From Bacteriovoracaceae bacterium (lineage in GTDB: Bacteria > Bdellovibrionota > Bacteriovoracia > Bacteriovoracales > Bacteriovoracaceae): a stretch of 64,000 bases of DNA. Under the pieces are notes generated by a model. The model was given only the letters and a program-made list of their open reading frames with translations. It had not been told where the DNA came from and did no database searches. The stretch is from the NCBI GenBank assembly GCA_041586955.1, contig JBFGZE010000008.1, positions 9,882 through 73,881 of the forward strand, read 5' to 3'. This document shows positions 1 to 10,481 of the stretch, piece after piece (the first letter of the stretch is position 1; every line of letters starts with the position of its first letter). The position numbers and the translations under genes are program-made.

Positions 1-1055
1 GACTTCGGGTTCAAAGATAATAACTGATCCATAACCTTGAGACCTTCTTCATAATGGCCTAATTGTCCCTGAATCACACCATAGACCTCAAAAGCATCTT
101 CAAATTGGGGGTCAAGTGCCATGGCGTTTTCAATAAAGACGAGAGCATCTTCATTTTTCCCCTCATGGTACAGGTTAATCCCAACCTCATAGAAATCATT
201 CGCTAATGCCCCTGCTTTAAAGAGAGGCAAGGGCCGCAAGGTCGCCTCAAATTCAATATTATCAAGCGTCCACTTTTCTTTTCGATTATCAACTTTATAT
301 TTTCTTTTTATTTGAGAATAAAGATAGGTTTTGCCCCTATAGGAGCATTTTTTTATAACCTTCCCAGCTTTTTCGCCCTGAAGAAAAAGGTCACCCACGC
401 TATCAATACTATGCCCTGTCTCCAATAAAGCGAACAAATGACTTGCTCCTCTATTCGTATTTATTTTGGCCAAAGTTTCCTGACCAAGAAAGCATCCTTT
501 CTTGTAGGAGATACCTTTATTTTCTAGCGGAGTATTATTTAATAAATCCCTTATGGCGATATTAAGATTTAAGATAGGTTCCCCAGCGAGCAATCGTAGA
601 TCATTTAGCGACTCTTCTCCAACGAGACCCTCTCGCTGCCCTTCCCCAAATACTAATGTTCCACAAACCCCAGCAAAGTCCATTTTCATTACAGGAAAAT
701 CATTTTTATTTAAATTTAATAATGGATGAATAAAAAATAATTTCTGTTCTAATTTTTGAAGGGTAACGTCATCCATGATAATAAATTTCTCGAGATCTTC
801 GATCAGCTTATCGGCAAGTATGGACGGGCAAGAATAATAATATTTCGATTCGCCTTTTGATAAATACCCATATGAAACGATTTTCCCACTTCTGTCGACA
901 CGAGCAGTTAACTGGGAGCTCTCTCCATTTAATTCATCTAGGTCATTCGTTAATTGTCCCTGTAAAAATCTTTCCGTGTCAGCTCCAAAAATCTCAATCA
1001 AGGACCAGCTTTCAAGTGAAATAATTTGAGGGTTATATCTATAATTTAATATCAT
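1..1055 (-). CDS. ygfZ: YgfZ/GcvT-family folate-binding Fe-S maturation protein with C-terminal TPR repeats (3' end runs off the window; absent from the ORF track)
   Basis: Manual translation from the ATG at 1055 gives MILNYRYNPQIISLESWSLIEIFGADTERFLQGQLTNDL..., with the signature SYKKGCFLGQE at about 478-510. It then runs into TPR-like helices (GINLYHEGKNEDALVFIEKAIALDPQFEDA...). Confidence 0.85.
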   Translation of the reverse strand, partial: MILNYRYNPQIISLESWSLIEIFGADTERFLQGQLTNDLDELNGESSQLTARVDRSGKIVSYGYLSKGESKYYYSCPSILADKLIEDLEKFIIMDDVTLQKLEQKLFFIHPLLNLNKNDFPVMKMDFAGVCGTLVFGEGQREGLVGEESLNDLRLLAGEPILNLNIAIRDLLNNTPLENKGISYKKGCFLGQETLAKINTNRGASHLFALLETGHSIDSVGDLFLQGEKAGKVIKKCSYRGKTYLYSQIKRKYKVDNRKEKWTLDNIEFEATLRPLPLFKAGALANDFYEVGINLYHEGKNEDALVFIENAMALDPQFEDAFEVYGVIQGQLGHYEEGLKVMDQLLSLNPK

Positions 1056-1060
1056 ATGGT

Positions 1061-1414
1061 CTAAACAGAGAAGGACTCTCCGCATCCACAAGTATTACTC
1101 GCATTAGGATTATTAAACACAAAACCTTTACCATTTAATCCATCCTTAAAATCGAGAGTCAATCCTTTTAGATAAATCGAGGACTTAATATCAATAAGAA
1201 CTTTTAACCCATCTATTATAATGACGTTATCGTTATCTTTTTCTTCGTCGAAATCAATTTTATAGGAAAGGCCTGAACAGCCACCACCTATAACACCTAG
1301 ACGCAGCCCCACGCCTTCAGCAGCTTCCTCTTTCGCAAAAATTATTTTAATTTGGGATAAAGCTTTCTCTGTAATGTTAATTAATTCTTGATCTTCCATT
1401 TCATACCCCACCAT
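1061..1414 (-). CDS. iscA: A-type Fe-S carrier (IscA/SufA/HesB family)
   Basis: GGGCSGLSY and CGCGESF motifs. Confidence 0.92.
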   Translation of the reverse strand: MVGYEMEDQELINITEKALSQIKIIFAKEEAAEGVGLRLGVIGGGCSGLSYKIDFDEEKDNDNVIIIDGLKVLIDIKSSIYLKGLTLDFKDGLNGKGFVFNNPNASNTCGCGESFSV

Positions 1415-1501
1415 TGACGTCTATTATTTGCTAACATATTAAAATATTTGCCTTTTGAAAAACTCAATTTACCCCTATTATAATAGAGCAATAGGACGTT
1501 C

Positions 1502-1996
1502 ATGACAGTATATATTAAAATTCAATACAAAAATCAATCATCGACAGCAAGGCTGAGCTCTAAGCCTTTGATAATAGGTCGTTCTCGCAGCTGCGACGTG
1601 AAAATAAATGACCAAGAAATTAGCTCTAAACACTTATCCATCAGTACTGATAACCTAGGCCGTGTTATTGCCAAAGACCTCGGGTCTACTAATGGCACCT
1701 TTCTTAACTCTAATAAGATCAATGAAACCACCCTTCATTTAGATGACAGTATCAGGTTAGGTAATCACACCATAATTAGCCTTGATCAATCTCAGATGGA
1801 CGAAGAAGAGAAAGAATTACTTCGCAGAAATGAAAAAAGTAAAGTCACCTTCATTGATATTGACGCTCCCGATAAACAAAGGAAAGCTGTTGATGAGGCG
1901 ACTAGACAATTAAAGGCTGCCCGCCAAAGAAACCAGGGCCTGCAGGAATCTCCCCGTAAAGATAACAATATCTCCAAAAAGAAAGGCCCTCGCTGA
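1502..1996 (+). CDS. FHA-domain protein
   Basis: IGR, ISSKH and DLGSTNGTFLN FHA motifs, followed by a charged C-terminal tail. Confidence 0.85.
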   Translation: MTVYIKIQYKNQSSTARLSSKPLIIGRSRSCDVKINDQEISSKHLSISTDNLGRVIAKDLGSTNGTFLNSNKINETTLHLDDSIRLGNHTIISLDQSQMDEEEKELLRRNEKSKVTFIDIDAPDKQRKAVDEATRQLKAARQRNQGLQESPRKDNNISKKKGPR

Positions 1997-2024
1997 GAAC
2001 AAAAAGCGATTTAAGAAATGATCT

Positions 2025-2597
2025 TTACTTTAATGGGACCCATTTGGGCTCGTCGACCATATAGATAAAATTTAAATAACGGGCCAAAACAAAAAAATAA
2101 TCAGATAAGCGATTAATAAACATTAAACTAAACTCTGGTAAATAATCCACATTCTTTTGATCAAAGTGGACTAAGGCCCTCTCTAGTCGCCTGGTAATCG
2201 TTCGACAGATATGGGCGAATGATGCAGCAGAGGTTCCTCCTGGCAAAATAAAACATTTTAATTTTTCAAGCTTTGAATCCATTGTATCAATGAGAGACTC
2301 TAGAGTGGTAATATCCGCCTCGTCCACAGTCGGCAATTTAAAGGCAACTCTTTTATCAGACTCACAGGCCAAGTTACTTCCAAGATCAAATAATTTATTC
2401 TGAAGCCAAGTTAAATTATCCTTAATGGCCTGGTCCTTCTCGCCTAAGTGGCTCACGACAACACCTATCCATGAATTTAGCTCGTCAACTTCTCCATAAA
2501 GATGTATTTGCTCATTGGCCTTATTAATACGGGTTCCACCAACAAGCGAAGTCTCCCCTCGGTCACCTTTTTTAGTATAGATATCTGATTTTTTCAT
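2025..2597 (-). CDS. pduO: ATP:cob(I)alamin adenosyltransferase, PduO/MMAB type
   Basis: IYTKKGDRGET, YGEVDELNS, FILPGG and NRLSDYFF motifs; adjacent to a B12 mutase. Confidence 0.93.
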   Translation of the reverse strand: MKKSDIYTKKGDRGETSLVGGTRINKANEQIHLYGEVDELNSWIGVVVSHLGEKDQAIKDNLTWLQNKLFDLGSNLACESDKRVAFKLPTVDEADITTLESLIDTMDSKLEKLKCFILPGGTSAASFAHICRTITRRLERALVHFDQKNVDYLPEFSLMFINRLSDYFFVLARYLNFIYMVDEPKWVPLK

Positions 2598-2609
2598 CTA
2601 CGGCCTAAC

Positions 2610-5600
2610 CTACATATTACGGCGATACTTACCACCAACCTCATAGAGAACATTTGTAATTTCCCCAAGGGTACAATAATTAACAGTATACAATAGTTCT
2701 TCAAAAATATTCCCATTATGAAGAACAATATTTTTTAAGCGGGAAATCGCTTCAGCAGACTGATTTTTATTTTTATCTTTAAAAGTATTTAATCTATTAA
2801 TTTGTTCCATTTTTTCTTCATCAGAGCACCGTGACAACTCAATCTCTTGATTTAATTGTTCCGAAATATTATCGGCGATATATGTATTCACTCCAATAAT
2901 AGGCAACTCACCGCTATCTTTCAGTGATTCATAATAAAGTGATTCTTCTTGGATCTTGCCCCTTTGGTACATACTTTCCATCGCTCCAAGGACGCCACCC
3001 CTGTCAGATATTCGCTCGAACTCTTGAAGAATGGCCTCTTCTACAAGTTCCGCCAATTCATTAACTATAAATGATCCCTGTAATGGGTTATCTGTTTTAT
3101 TAAGGCCAAATTCTCTATTAATAATCATTTGAATGGCCATGGCCCGTCTTACACTTTCCTCAGTTGGCGTTGTTATTGCCTCATCATAAGCGTTTGTATG
3201 CAATGAATTGCAATTATCAGAGAGCGCAATAAATGCCTGAAGAGTCGTTCGAATATCATTAAAGTCAATTTCTTGTGCATGTAAACTACGACCAGATGTT
3301 TGAATATGATATTTAAACTTTTGAGATTTATCATTAGCGCCATACTTTTCTCGTAAAGCGACGGCCCAAATTTTACGTGCGACACGTCCGATGACACTAT
3401 ATTCTGGGTCAAGACCATTACTAAAGAAAAATGATAAATTGCCACAAAATTCATCAATATTCATGCCACGACTTAAATAATATTCAACATAAGTAAAGCC
3501 ATTGGCCATCGTAAAAGCAACTTGAGAAATAGGGTTCGCCCCGGCCTCCGCGATATGATACCCACTAATCGATACTGAGTAGTAGTTTTTGATTGCATTT
3601 TTACAGAAAAACTCCTGAATATCGCCCATCATTTTAAGAGCAAATTCGAGCGAAAAGATACATGTATTTTGAGCCTGATCTTCCTTAAGGATATCTGCCT
3701 GGACAGTGCCCCTGACGACCCTCATAATATCGAGACGCTTCGCCTCATCCCAGAGCTCTTTACCATCGAGCTTCTGCTTAATTGCGGTATTCATAAACAT
3801 TGCTAAAATAATAGGAGCTGGGCCATTAATCGTCATAGAGACAGATGTATTTTGATCTGTTAAATCAAATCCTCCGAATAAGGCTTCCATATCCTCAAGA
3901 GTCGCAATGGAAACGCCTGCCTCTCCTATTTTACCAAAGATATCTGGCCGCTCATTGGGGTCCTCACCATAAAGAGTGACTGAGTCAAAAGCCGTACTTA
4001 ATCTTTTGGCGGGGTCACTTTCTGATAAGTAATGAAAACGTTTATTCGTACGAAAAGGACCACCTTCCCCGGCAAACATTCTTTTAGGATCCTCATCTGC
4101 TCTTTTAAAAGGAAAAATTCCCGCAGCGTAGGGAAAATACCCTGGTAGATTCTCATTGCGAATAAACTGAATTTTGTCTGCCATAGTGGACAAGCGAGGC
4201 ACACCTATTCTGGAAATATTAGTACCGCTTAAAGACTCATATTTGGTTGTCACAGAGATTTCTTTTCCTCTTACAAAATATGAAAATTTTCCTTTTCTAT
4301 AATTGGATATCGACTGGTCTAAATCTTCGATAGCAGAAAAATTATTATCACCAATTTCTAGTTTTAATTCTTTTAGCTTTTTAGCGATTCCTTCTTTTAA
4401 TTCGGGAATCAATTGAGATGTCTTATGAAGGGCCTCATAGTCAGCAAAGACTTCTTTTAATTCTTTTGTATGCTTATTATAATGACGCACTGTTTGAGCG
4501 ATATCCCTTAAGTATAAAACAGCTTCAGGAGGAATAATCGATTGGTTTTTATCACTCATTTTATTGCAATCAATATCAAACTGCTCATCCTCTAGCATAT
4601 TGAATGACTTCGCAATATCTTTAAAAAGAGCATTTACTCCTGGATCATTAAACTTAGAGGCCATTGTGCCATAAACGGGTAAACCGTCGTCCTCAGGGGC
4701 TCCTGGATGACCTTTAAATAAATTATTATTACGACGGTATTGCTTGCGAATATCTCTTAATGCGTCCTCTGATCTTGGTTTCTCAAATTTATTAAGTACA
4801 ATAAAATCAGCAACCTCTAGCATTTCAATCTTTTCTAATTGAGTTTGCGCTCCATATTCAGGAGTCATCACATAAACACATTTATCGGCAACTTTAGTAA
4901 TCTCGTCTGAAGCTTGACCAATACCAGAAGTTTCAACAATTATTAAATCGAAATTTTGGGTTTTTAAAAAGCGAACAACTTTATCAATTTGCGGACTCAG
5001 TTCTGTATGGCTATTACGAGTGGCCAGAGAACGAATAAAAAATTGATCATATGAACTACTTCCAAGCCGAATACGATCACCCAATAGCGCTCCCTGGGTC
5101 TTCTTTTTTGTTGGGTCTACAGAAATTAAGCCGATGCGTTTATTTGGTAAAAAATTATTAAATCGTAACAAGACCTCATCTATTAGCGATGATTTACCTG
5201 CCCCGCCCGTTCCAGTAATTCCCAAAACAGGAACATTACTGTCTTGAGTTGCGAAAGGGAGTTCACCCTTATCTTCAATAAAGGTAATGACTTTTGCAAT
5301 TTCTGATGTCGACAGATTCCTAGGAGAGAATTCTCTGACATTACTTGAACTTAGAGTAGAATGAGTTGCCTTAGCGATCATATCGTCAATAATCCCAACG
5401 AGGCCCAAAGTCATTCCATCCTCAGGAGAATAAACCCTGGTAATTCCCTTTTCATGAAGAGACTTTATTTCACTTGGAGTAATCACTCCGCCACCACCAC
5501 CGAAAATCCTGACATTAGTGGCACCGCTTTTATCTAACAATTCTCTTATATAGGCAAAATATTCATTATGCCCACCTTGATATGAGCTAAGTGCAATAGC

Positions 5601-5768
5601 GTGAGCATCTTCCTGAATAGCAGCATCGACAACTTCTTTGGCCGATCGGTTATGGCCAAGATGAATAACTTCAACCCCTTTTGATTGTAAAAGACGTCTC
5701 ATAATATTTATTGACACATCGTGCCCATCAAAAAGACTAGCGGCCGTTACAAACCTCAATCGCTCCAC
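2610..5768 (-). CDS. icmF: Fused isobutyryl-CoA mutase / MeaB-type GTPase chaperone
   Basis: N-terminal B12-binding domain (FDGHD), P-loop GTGGAGKSS, and a mutase TIM barrel with RMFAGEG (Phe at the specificity position) and SISGYHIAEAGA; GTG start. Confidence 0.95.
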   Translation of the reverse strand: MERLRFVTAASLFDGHDVSINIMRRLLQSKGVEVIHLGHNRSAKEVVDAAIQEDAHAIALSSYQGGHNEYFAYIRELLDKSGATNVRIFGGGGGVITPSEIKSLHEKGITRVYSPEDGMTLGLVGIIDDMIAKATHSTLSSSNVREFSPRNLSTSEIAKVITFIEDKGELPFATQDSNVPVLGITGTGGAGKSSLIDEVLLRFNNFLPNKRIGLISVDPTKKKTQGALLGDRIRLGSSSYDQFFIRSLATRNSHTELSPQIDKVVRFLKTQNFDLIIVETSGIGQASDEITKVADKCVYVMTPEYGAQTQLEKIEMLEVADFIVLNKFEKPRSEDALRDIRKQYRRNNNLFKGHPGAPEDDGLPVYGTMASKFNDPGVNALFKDIAKSFNMLEDEQFDIDCNKMSDKNQSIIPPEAVLYLRDIAQTVRHYNKHTKELKEVFADYEALHKTSQLIPELKEGIAKKLKELKLEIGDNNFSAIEDLDQSISNYRKGKFSYFVRGKEISVTTKYESLSGTNISRIGVPRLSTMADKIQFIRNENLPGYFPYAAGIFPFKRADEDPKRMFAGEGGPFRTNKRFHYLSESDPAKRLSTAFDSVTLYGEDPNERPDIFGKIGEAGVSIATLEDMEALFGGFDLTDQNTSVSMTINGPAPIILAMFMNTAIKQKLDGKELWDEAKRLDIMRVVRGTVQADILKEDQAQNTCIFSLEFALKMMGDIQEFFCKNAIKNYYSVSISGYHIAEAGANPISQVAFTMANGFTYVEYYLSRGMNIDEFCGNLSFFFSNGLDPEYSVIGRVARKIWAVALREKYGANDKSQKFKYHIQTSGRSLHAQEIDFNDIRTTLQAFIALSDNCNSLHTNAYDEAITTPTEESVRRAMAIQMIINREFGLNKTDNPLQGSFIVNELAELVEEAILQEFERISDRGGVLGAMESMYQRGKIQEESLYYESLKDSGELPIIGVNTYIADNISEQLNQEIELSRCSDEEKMEQINRLNTFKDKNKNQSAEAISRLKNIVLHNGNIFEELLYTVNYCTLGEITNVLYEVGGKYRRNM

Positions 5769-5839
5769 CTAACACTCCTAGCTAAATGCTTAATAATTTA
5801 CAGCGGGGCCAATATAACGTATAAATCGGACGAAGCAAA

Positions 5840-5868
5840 ATGACATTCTCAGGGAAATGGTTTAAGAT
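5840..5868 (+). promoter_or_regulatory. Candidate sigma70 promoter for the ferredoxin-like gene
   Basis: ATGACA-N17-TAAGAT. Confidence 0.4.
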
Positions 5869-5899
5869 AAACCTAAATAACCTCGCGGCGCAATAAATT

Positions 5900-6358
5900 A
5901 TGAATGACGAAAAAAAAGATGACACTACCCTAGTTGAAAACCCTTACCATACGGCACGTTTTAAGCCGCTCAGAAAAGGGAAGAAACCACCTAAATTACT
6001 GGCAATTGTCCATCAAAGTGGATGCACTGGCTGCGAAGTCTGCATTGCTGGTTGCCCTGTCGATTCAATTGAGCTTGTACCAGGGCCCAATCCCAATAAT
6101 CCCACTTTTCAGCAAACCGTTGAAATTGATCTATCACGCTGTATTGGTTGTCAAAACTGCTCTCAGGACTGCCCCTGGGAAACGATTACAATGTATGAGC
6201 ACAATGATGCTTTCACCGCTTGGGGTAACGAAACACTAAAGTCCCAACTATATATTGCAGAAAAGAACTTAAAAGACCTCAATCAGCAATATGGTATTGC
6301 ACTTGAAAAAGAGGAAATTGCTCCAGCTGCAGACTCAGAAGAAGAGAGCGCTAGCTAG
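5900..6358 (+). CDS. 2x[4Fe-4S] ferredoxin-domain protein
   Basis: CTGCEVCIAGCP and CIGCQNCSQDCP motifs. Confidence 0.88.
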   Translation: MNDEKKDDTTLVENPYHTARFKPLRKGKKPPKLLAIVHQSGCTGCEVCIAGCPVDSIELVPGPNPNNPTFQQTVEIDLSRCIGCQNCSQDCPWETITMYEHNDAFTAWGNETLKSQLYIAEKNLKDLNQQYGIALEKEEIAPAADSEEESAS

Positions 6359-7079
6359 ATTTTTTAATTCTTGCTGTCCCTATTAGGCCCACAATAATTA
6401 ATACTATCGATATCCATTGAGATGTTGAAAAACTAGACCATATTCCACGCAGATCATCGCCGCGTAAAAACTCCAATAAAAAGCGTCCTGCCCCATACAG
6501 GAAGAGATAAAGAAAGATATCGCGATTGCTAGCATACTTTTTAATCAGCCGATATTGAAATAAAAATGCCAATATTGCGAGATAGCATGATTCATAAAGT
6601 TGCACGGGGTGGCGGTAATGCCCATGTAAAAATATTTTTATGGGAAATTCACAAATTTTGCCATAACAACAGCCAGCAAGTAGACAGCCTAAACGGCCAA
6701 TTGAATGCCCGATCGCTAACGGGCCAATAAAAAGGAAAGTTTTATTTAAAGGAATTTGCGCCCATTTTCTTAGTAAAAAATATGAAATCAGACCCCCTAG
6801 AAGGCCTCCATAAAAAACAAAACCCCCGCCTAACCAGAAATAGCTCTCCCCAATTAAAGAGAGTGGATCTGGAGAGGATACTGCCACAAAAAAAAGCTTG
6901 GCCCCAAGCCAGGAAAAAATCATGGTAATGAAAAAAAGAAAATTAAAACGATGAGTATTAAGTGAGTACCGCTGAATATTAAATTGAGATAATTTATGAC
7001 CTATCCCCAGAGCAATACCAATCGCTAAGGGATAGGAGTATATCATTAAATTTCCCCATTCTAAGAGAATTGGCTTCAT
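6351..7079 (-). CDS. lgt: Prolipoprotein diacylglyceryl transferase (Lgt family)
   Basis: GGFVFYGG, GRLGCLLAGCCYG, HPVQLYE and RFLLEFLRGD motifs; multi-TM. Confidence 0.85.
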   Translation of the reverse strand: MKPILLEWGNLMIYSYPLAIGIALGIGHKLSQFNIQRYSLNTHRFNFLFFITMIFSWLGAKLFFVAVSSPDPLSLIGESYFWLGGGFVFYGGLLGGLISYFLLRKWAQIPLNKTFLFIGPLAIGHSIGRLGCLLAGCCYGKICEFPIKIFLHGHYRHPVQLYESCYLAILAFLFQYRLIKKYASNRDIFLYLFLYGAGRFLLEFLRGDDLRGIWSSFSTSQWISIVLIIVGLIGTARIKKSS

Positions 7080-7085
7080 ACCAAG

Positions 7086-8579
7086 CTAATAAAAGGACTT
7101 TGGATTAATTTCATATTTCTCAATTTTTCGCAGTAACGTTTTCTTAGGAATATTTGCCTTTAAAGCAGTTTGATTAATTTTCCCTTTATTGAGCTTAAGG
7201 GCCTGAGAGATAAATTCTTTTTCAAATAGTTCTTTCGCTACTTGGAAATCCATTTTAATAACATTGTCTTGGGTTTTTGTCGCAAAGGTAAATTGATAAT
7301 CACCATCCTCAGTTCTTGGCTGGGCCTCAGAAATAACTGAGTCTTTGATATCAGATAAATTAATAATTGAGTGATCTTCGTCATTACCACCTGTACGCAT
7401 CTTCGCCTCAAAACCTTTTTTAACTGTTCTAGGTAGCGATTCCGCGTGAATAATATCATCCGACTCAATAATGAAAGCATGTTCTATGACATTTCTAAGC
7501 TCTCTAATATTTCCAGGCCAACTATAGGACTTTAATAATGAGGCTGCATCATCACTCGTTCCCCTTATTTCAAGATTATGAACATTATTAAAATAGGCCA
7601 TATAATAATCAACGAGATGAGGGATATCAGAAACCCTCTCCCTAAGAGGTGGCAAATAAACTGGTAAAACATTTAGACGATAGAATAAATCCTCTCTAAA
7701 AGTTCCCTCTGTAATCATTTTTTCAAAAGGCTTATGCGAAGCTGCGATAACGCGCACATCAACCTCTATATCTCTATTAGAGCCAATTGGCGTAAAGGTT
7801 TTTTCTTGAAGAACACGCAATAACTTGACTTGCATTGCTTGCGATATATCGCCAATTTCATCGAGAAAAATTGTCCCCCCATCTGCAAATTGAAACTTGC
7901 CAATTTTACGCTCAGTTGCTCCAGTAAAAGCTCCCTTTTCATGGCCGAATAACTCAGACTCAATCAAATTATCAGGCACGGCGGCTAAATTAATCGTTAT
8001 AAATTTATCATCTTTACGTGGCCCATTATAGTGAATGGCCTTAGCGACAAGCTCTTTCCCTGTACCAGATTCACCTCTTATAAGAACGGGTGTATTCACT
8101 TGCGCAAGCTTGGAAATGACATTGAAAACTTTTTTCATTTCATCAGATTCGCCCACAAATTTATCATCATTGCCAAGACTTAAAGTCGGAGCAGAGAAAG
8201 CTGTCGTTTCAAGTAAAGATCGTGCCTTTAAGGCCCGTTTAATAAGAGCTACCAAATTTTCTGAGCTAATTGGTTTTTCGAGGTAATTATAGGCGCCCTC
8301 TTTAACCACTTTAACGGCATCACCTACATTTGAATAAGCTGTTAATATAAGAACGATAATTGTCGGGTCATACTTTTTAATTCGGCTGAGCGCTTCAATA
8401 CCATCCATTTCTGGCATATTCACATCCATAACAATAAGGTCATACTTGGCCTGAGTTACTTTATTAAGTGCTTCACTACCATTATTCGCAACATCAACAA
8501 AAAAGTGATGAAATTCTAAAGCTTGCCTAACAGAATCCTGCAATACTTGATCATCATCAACAACTAATACTCTTTTCAT
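7086..8579 (-). CDS. Sigma54-dependent response regulator (NtrC/AtoC family: REC-AAA+-HTH)
   Basis: Receiver VDDD/DVNMP, Walker A GESGTGKE, GAFTGA, DEIGD and WPGNIRELRN, plus a C-terminal Fis-like HTH. Confidence 0.95.
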   Translation of the reverse strand: MKRVLVVDDDQVLQDSVRQALEFHHFFVDVANNGSEALNKVTQAKYDLIVMDVNMPEMDGIEALSRIKKYDPTIIVLILTAYSNVGDAVKVVKEGAYNYLEKPISSENLVALIKRALKARSLLETTAFSAPTLSLGNDDKFVGESDEMKKVFNVISKLAQVNTPVLIRGESGTGKELVAKAIHYNGPRKDDKFITINLAAVPDNLIESELFGHEKGAFTGATERKIGKFQFADGGTIFLDEIGDISQAMQVKLLRVLQEKTFTPIGSNRDIEVDVRVIAASHKPFEKMITEGTFREDLFYRLNVLPVYLPPLRERVSDIPHLVDYYMAYFNNVHNLEIRGTSDDAASLLKSYSWPGNIRELRNVIEHAFIIESDDIIHAESLPRTVKKGFEAKMRTGGNDEDHSIINLSDIKDSVISEAQPRTEDGDYQFTFATKTQDNVIKMDFQVAKELFEKEFISQALKLNKGKINQTALKANIPKKTLLRKIEKYEINPKSFY

Positions 8580-8594
8580 TCAATGCTCCGATTT

Positions 8595-10481
8595 CTATTT
8601 ATTTTTTAATTTAATTATAAAGGAAGTACCTTCCCCTAACAGAGAATTGGCCGAAATTTCCCCACCATGTAGTTCTACAAAATATTTTACCAGATAAAGG
8701 CCAAGCCCGCTGCCCTTCACACTGTGGGCAGTATCATTCTTAACCCTATAAAACTTTTCAAAAATATGCTCTAGATCTTTTTCAGGGATTCCTATGCCAT
8801 TATCTTTTACTTCAATATAAACCCATATATCGTCATCCCAAGACTTTACTTCTACCTGACACCCTTTTTCAGAATACTTAATAGCGTTTTCAATCAAATT
8901 AGAAAGGACACGCTTTATTAAATTAATATCAAATTGAATCGGAAACAATGGCGATAAGTCAGCATTAACTTCAATCTCCTTTACTGAAGCTTCATATCTA
9001 AGATCATTAATACTACCTTCAATAACGTTATTGATATCCTTGGTCGTTAAATTTATATTTAGATTGCTCGATTCAATTTTTGTCAGATCTAAAATTGTTG
9101 TAATGAACTTATTAAGTTCTTTGGTTGAATCAATTATCGAATGTAAATTTTTGTCGTAATTTTTTAAATCATTTTTTTGCTTGAGCATTATATCGGCAAT
9201 ACCAGCAACTTTGGCGACAGGAGTCTTCAAGTCGTGGCTCATTAGCGAAATAAAATTGCGCTTAAGGTGCTCCACTTTTTTTAGAATCTTGGCCTCTTCC
9301 TGAAATTTGTAACGGGTCTGGTATTCGCCAATTGCCCTAAAAGGAACCCAAATATAGTAAACTACAAATACTGTTAATACTAAATGACTAATATACAGCC
9401 AAATTCCAAATACTGAAAAAATCACATTCGAAATAAGAAATATTCCACACATAAAACTAATGGTAATTAGAAGTCCTGTTGTTGGTTTTGTTCGTGAAAT
9501 GACCATCGACAAAATAATGGCCATCAATAATGAAATAACAAAGGAGTAGGTGCGGGGCACTTGATAGACTGTTTTTCCCTGGACCAACGCTTCTATAATG
9601 GCCGCGTGAAGACTCAATTTCGTAGATTTAAAATCTTCCTTATTGAAAGGGGTTAAGACGTAATCAGAGGCATTTGATAAATAGCTCGGCCCAACGAGGA
9701 CAATTTTATCTTTAAAAAAATCAGGTGGATAATTTCCTACTCGGACTCGATGAAATGGAATTTCCTGAATACTATTCGCCGCTTTAGTTGTATTAAGAAA
9801 ATAGCGAAAAAGAGAGAATGTTGCGTCTGCTTCAACTAAGTAATAAGAACCTTTAACTTTCGCGGCATCAATACTCTTCTTCCCCAGCCTTTCTCTTATT
9901 TTATTTGCGGACCACAAATGTAAAGAGTCATTTCCTGAAATATTTAAAATGGCCCGTCTCGAAACTTCATCTTTGGCAAAAACATTAGTATCCGCATTGA
10001 TCAAGGCCAAGGAGTGACCCAAGTCTGCCAAGTTTTGAGGTGGTGCTAGCTCATCCCAGGCATCCATATCAGTGCCAAACCTAAAAATACCTCCTTGCTC
10101 TTGATAAGAACTAAGAAGCTGTTTTATTTTAAATTGATTCTCGGTTTCTTCTCCAGACTCTGGTTCTTGAAATTGAACAAAATAATTTAAAAGAAGTGGT
10201 TTTTCAGTGAGAATTTTTTCTAAAAAAGAAAAGTGTGTGGAATATGTATAAGGATAAGTTTCACCTAAGTACTCATCACTCTCCTCATCAATAGTGACTA
10301 AAACATAACTATCACTATGTGATACTCCCCAATCAAATTTTATACGCCAATCATAAAAAATAGCTTCTAATGTAGAAAATGAGTATTGGAACAGGATAAA
10401 AACAAAAACTATGGTGAAAACTAGAGGGTAGTATTTAGTGTAATCGAAGGCCTTTATCTTTTTAAAAGACGGGAGCCTCAC
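8595..10481 (-). CDS. CHASE2-domain sensor histidine kinase
   Basis: N-terminal TM, CHASE2-like VLVTIDEES...KIVLVG, 3 TMs, H-box SHDLKTP, N-box NAIKYS and G-box GSGLGL. Confidence 0.9.
   Translation of the reverse strand: MRLPSFKKIKAFDYTKYYPLVFTIVFVFILFQYSFSTLEAIFYDWRIKFDWGVSHSDSYVLVTIDEESDEYLGETYPYTYSTHFSFLEKILTEKPLLLNYFVQFQEPESGEETENQFKIKQLLSSYQEQGGIFRFGTDMDAWDELAPPQNLADLGHSLALINADTNVFAKDEVSRRAILNISGNDSLHLWSANKIRERLGKKSIDAAKVKGSYYLVEADATFSLFRYFLNTTKAANSIQEIPFHRVRVGNYPPDFFKDKIVLVGPSYLSNASDYVLTPFNKEDFKSTKLSLHAAIIEALVQGKTVYQVPRTYSFVISLLMAIILSMVISRTKPTTGLLITISFMCGIFLISNVIFSVFGIWLYISHLVLTVFVVYYIWVPFRAIGEYQTRYKFQEEAKILKKVEHLKRNFISLMSHDLKTPVAKVAGIADIMLKQKNDLKNYDKNLHSIIDSTKELNKFITTILDLTKIESSNLNINLTTKDINNVIEGSINDLRYEASVKEIEVNADLSPLFPIQFDINLIKRVLSNLIENAIKYSEKGCQVEVKSWDDDIWVYIEVKDNGIGIPEKDLEHIFEKFYRVKNDTAHSVKGSGLGLYLVKYFVELHGGEISANSLLGEGTSFIIKLKNK

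Noticed and set aside
5769..5899. Possible cobalamin riboswitch upstream of icmF
   Set aside because: The region is too short and shows no B12-box or conserved GGGAA/GCCACTG core on the icmF strand.
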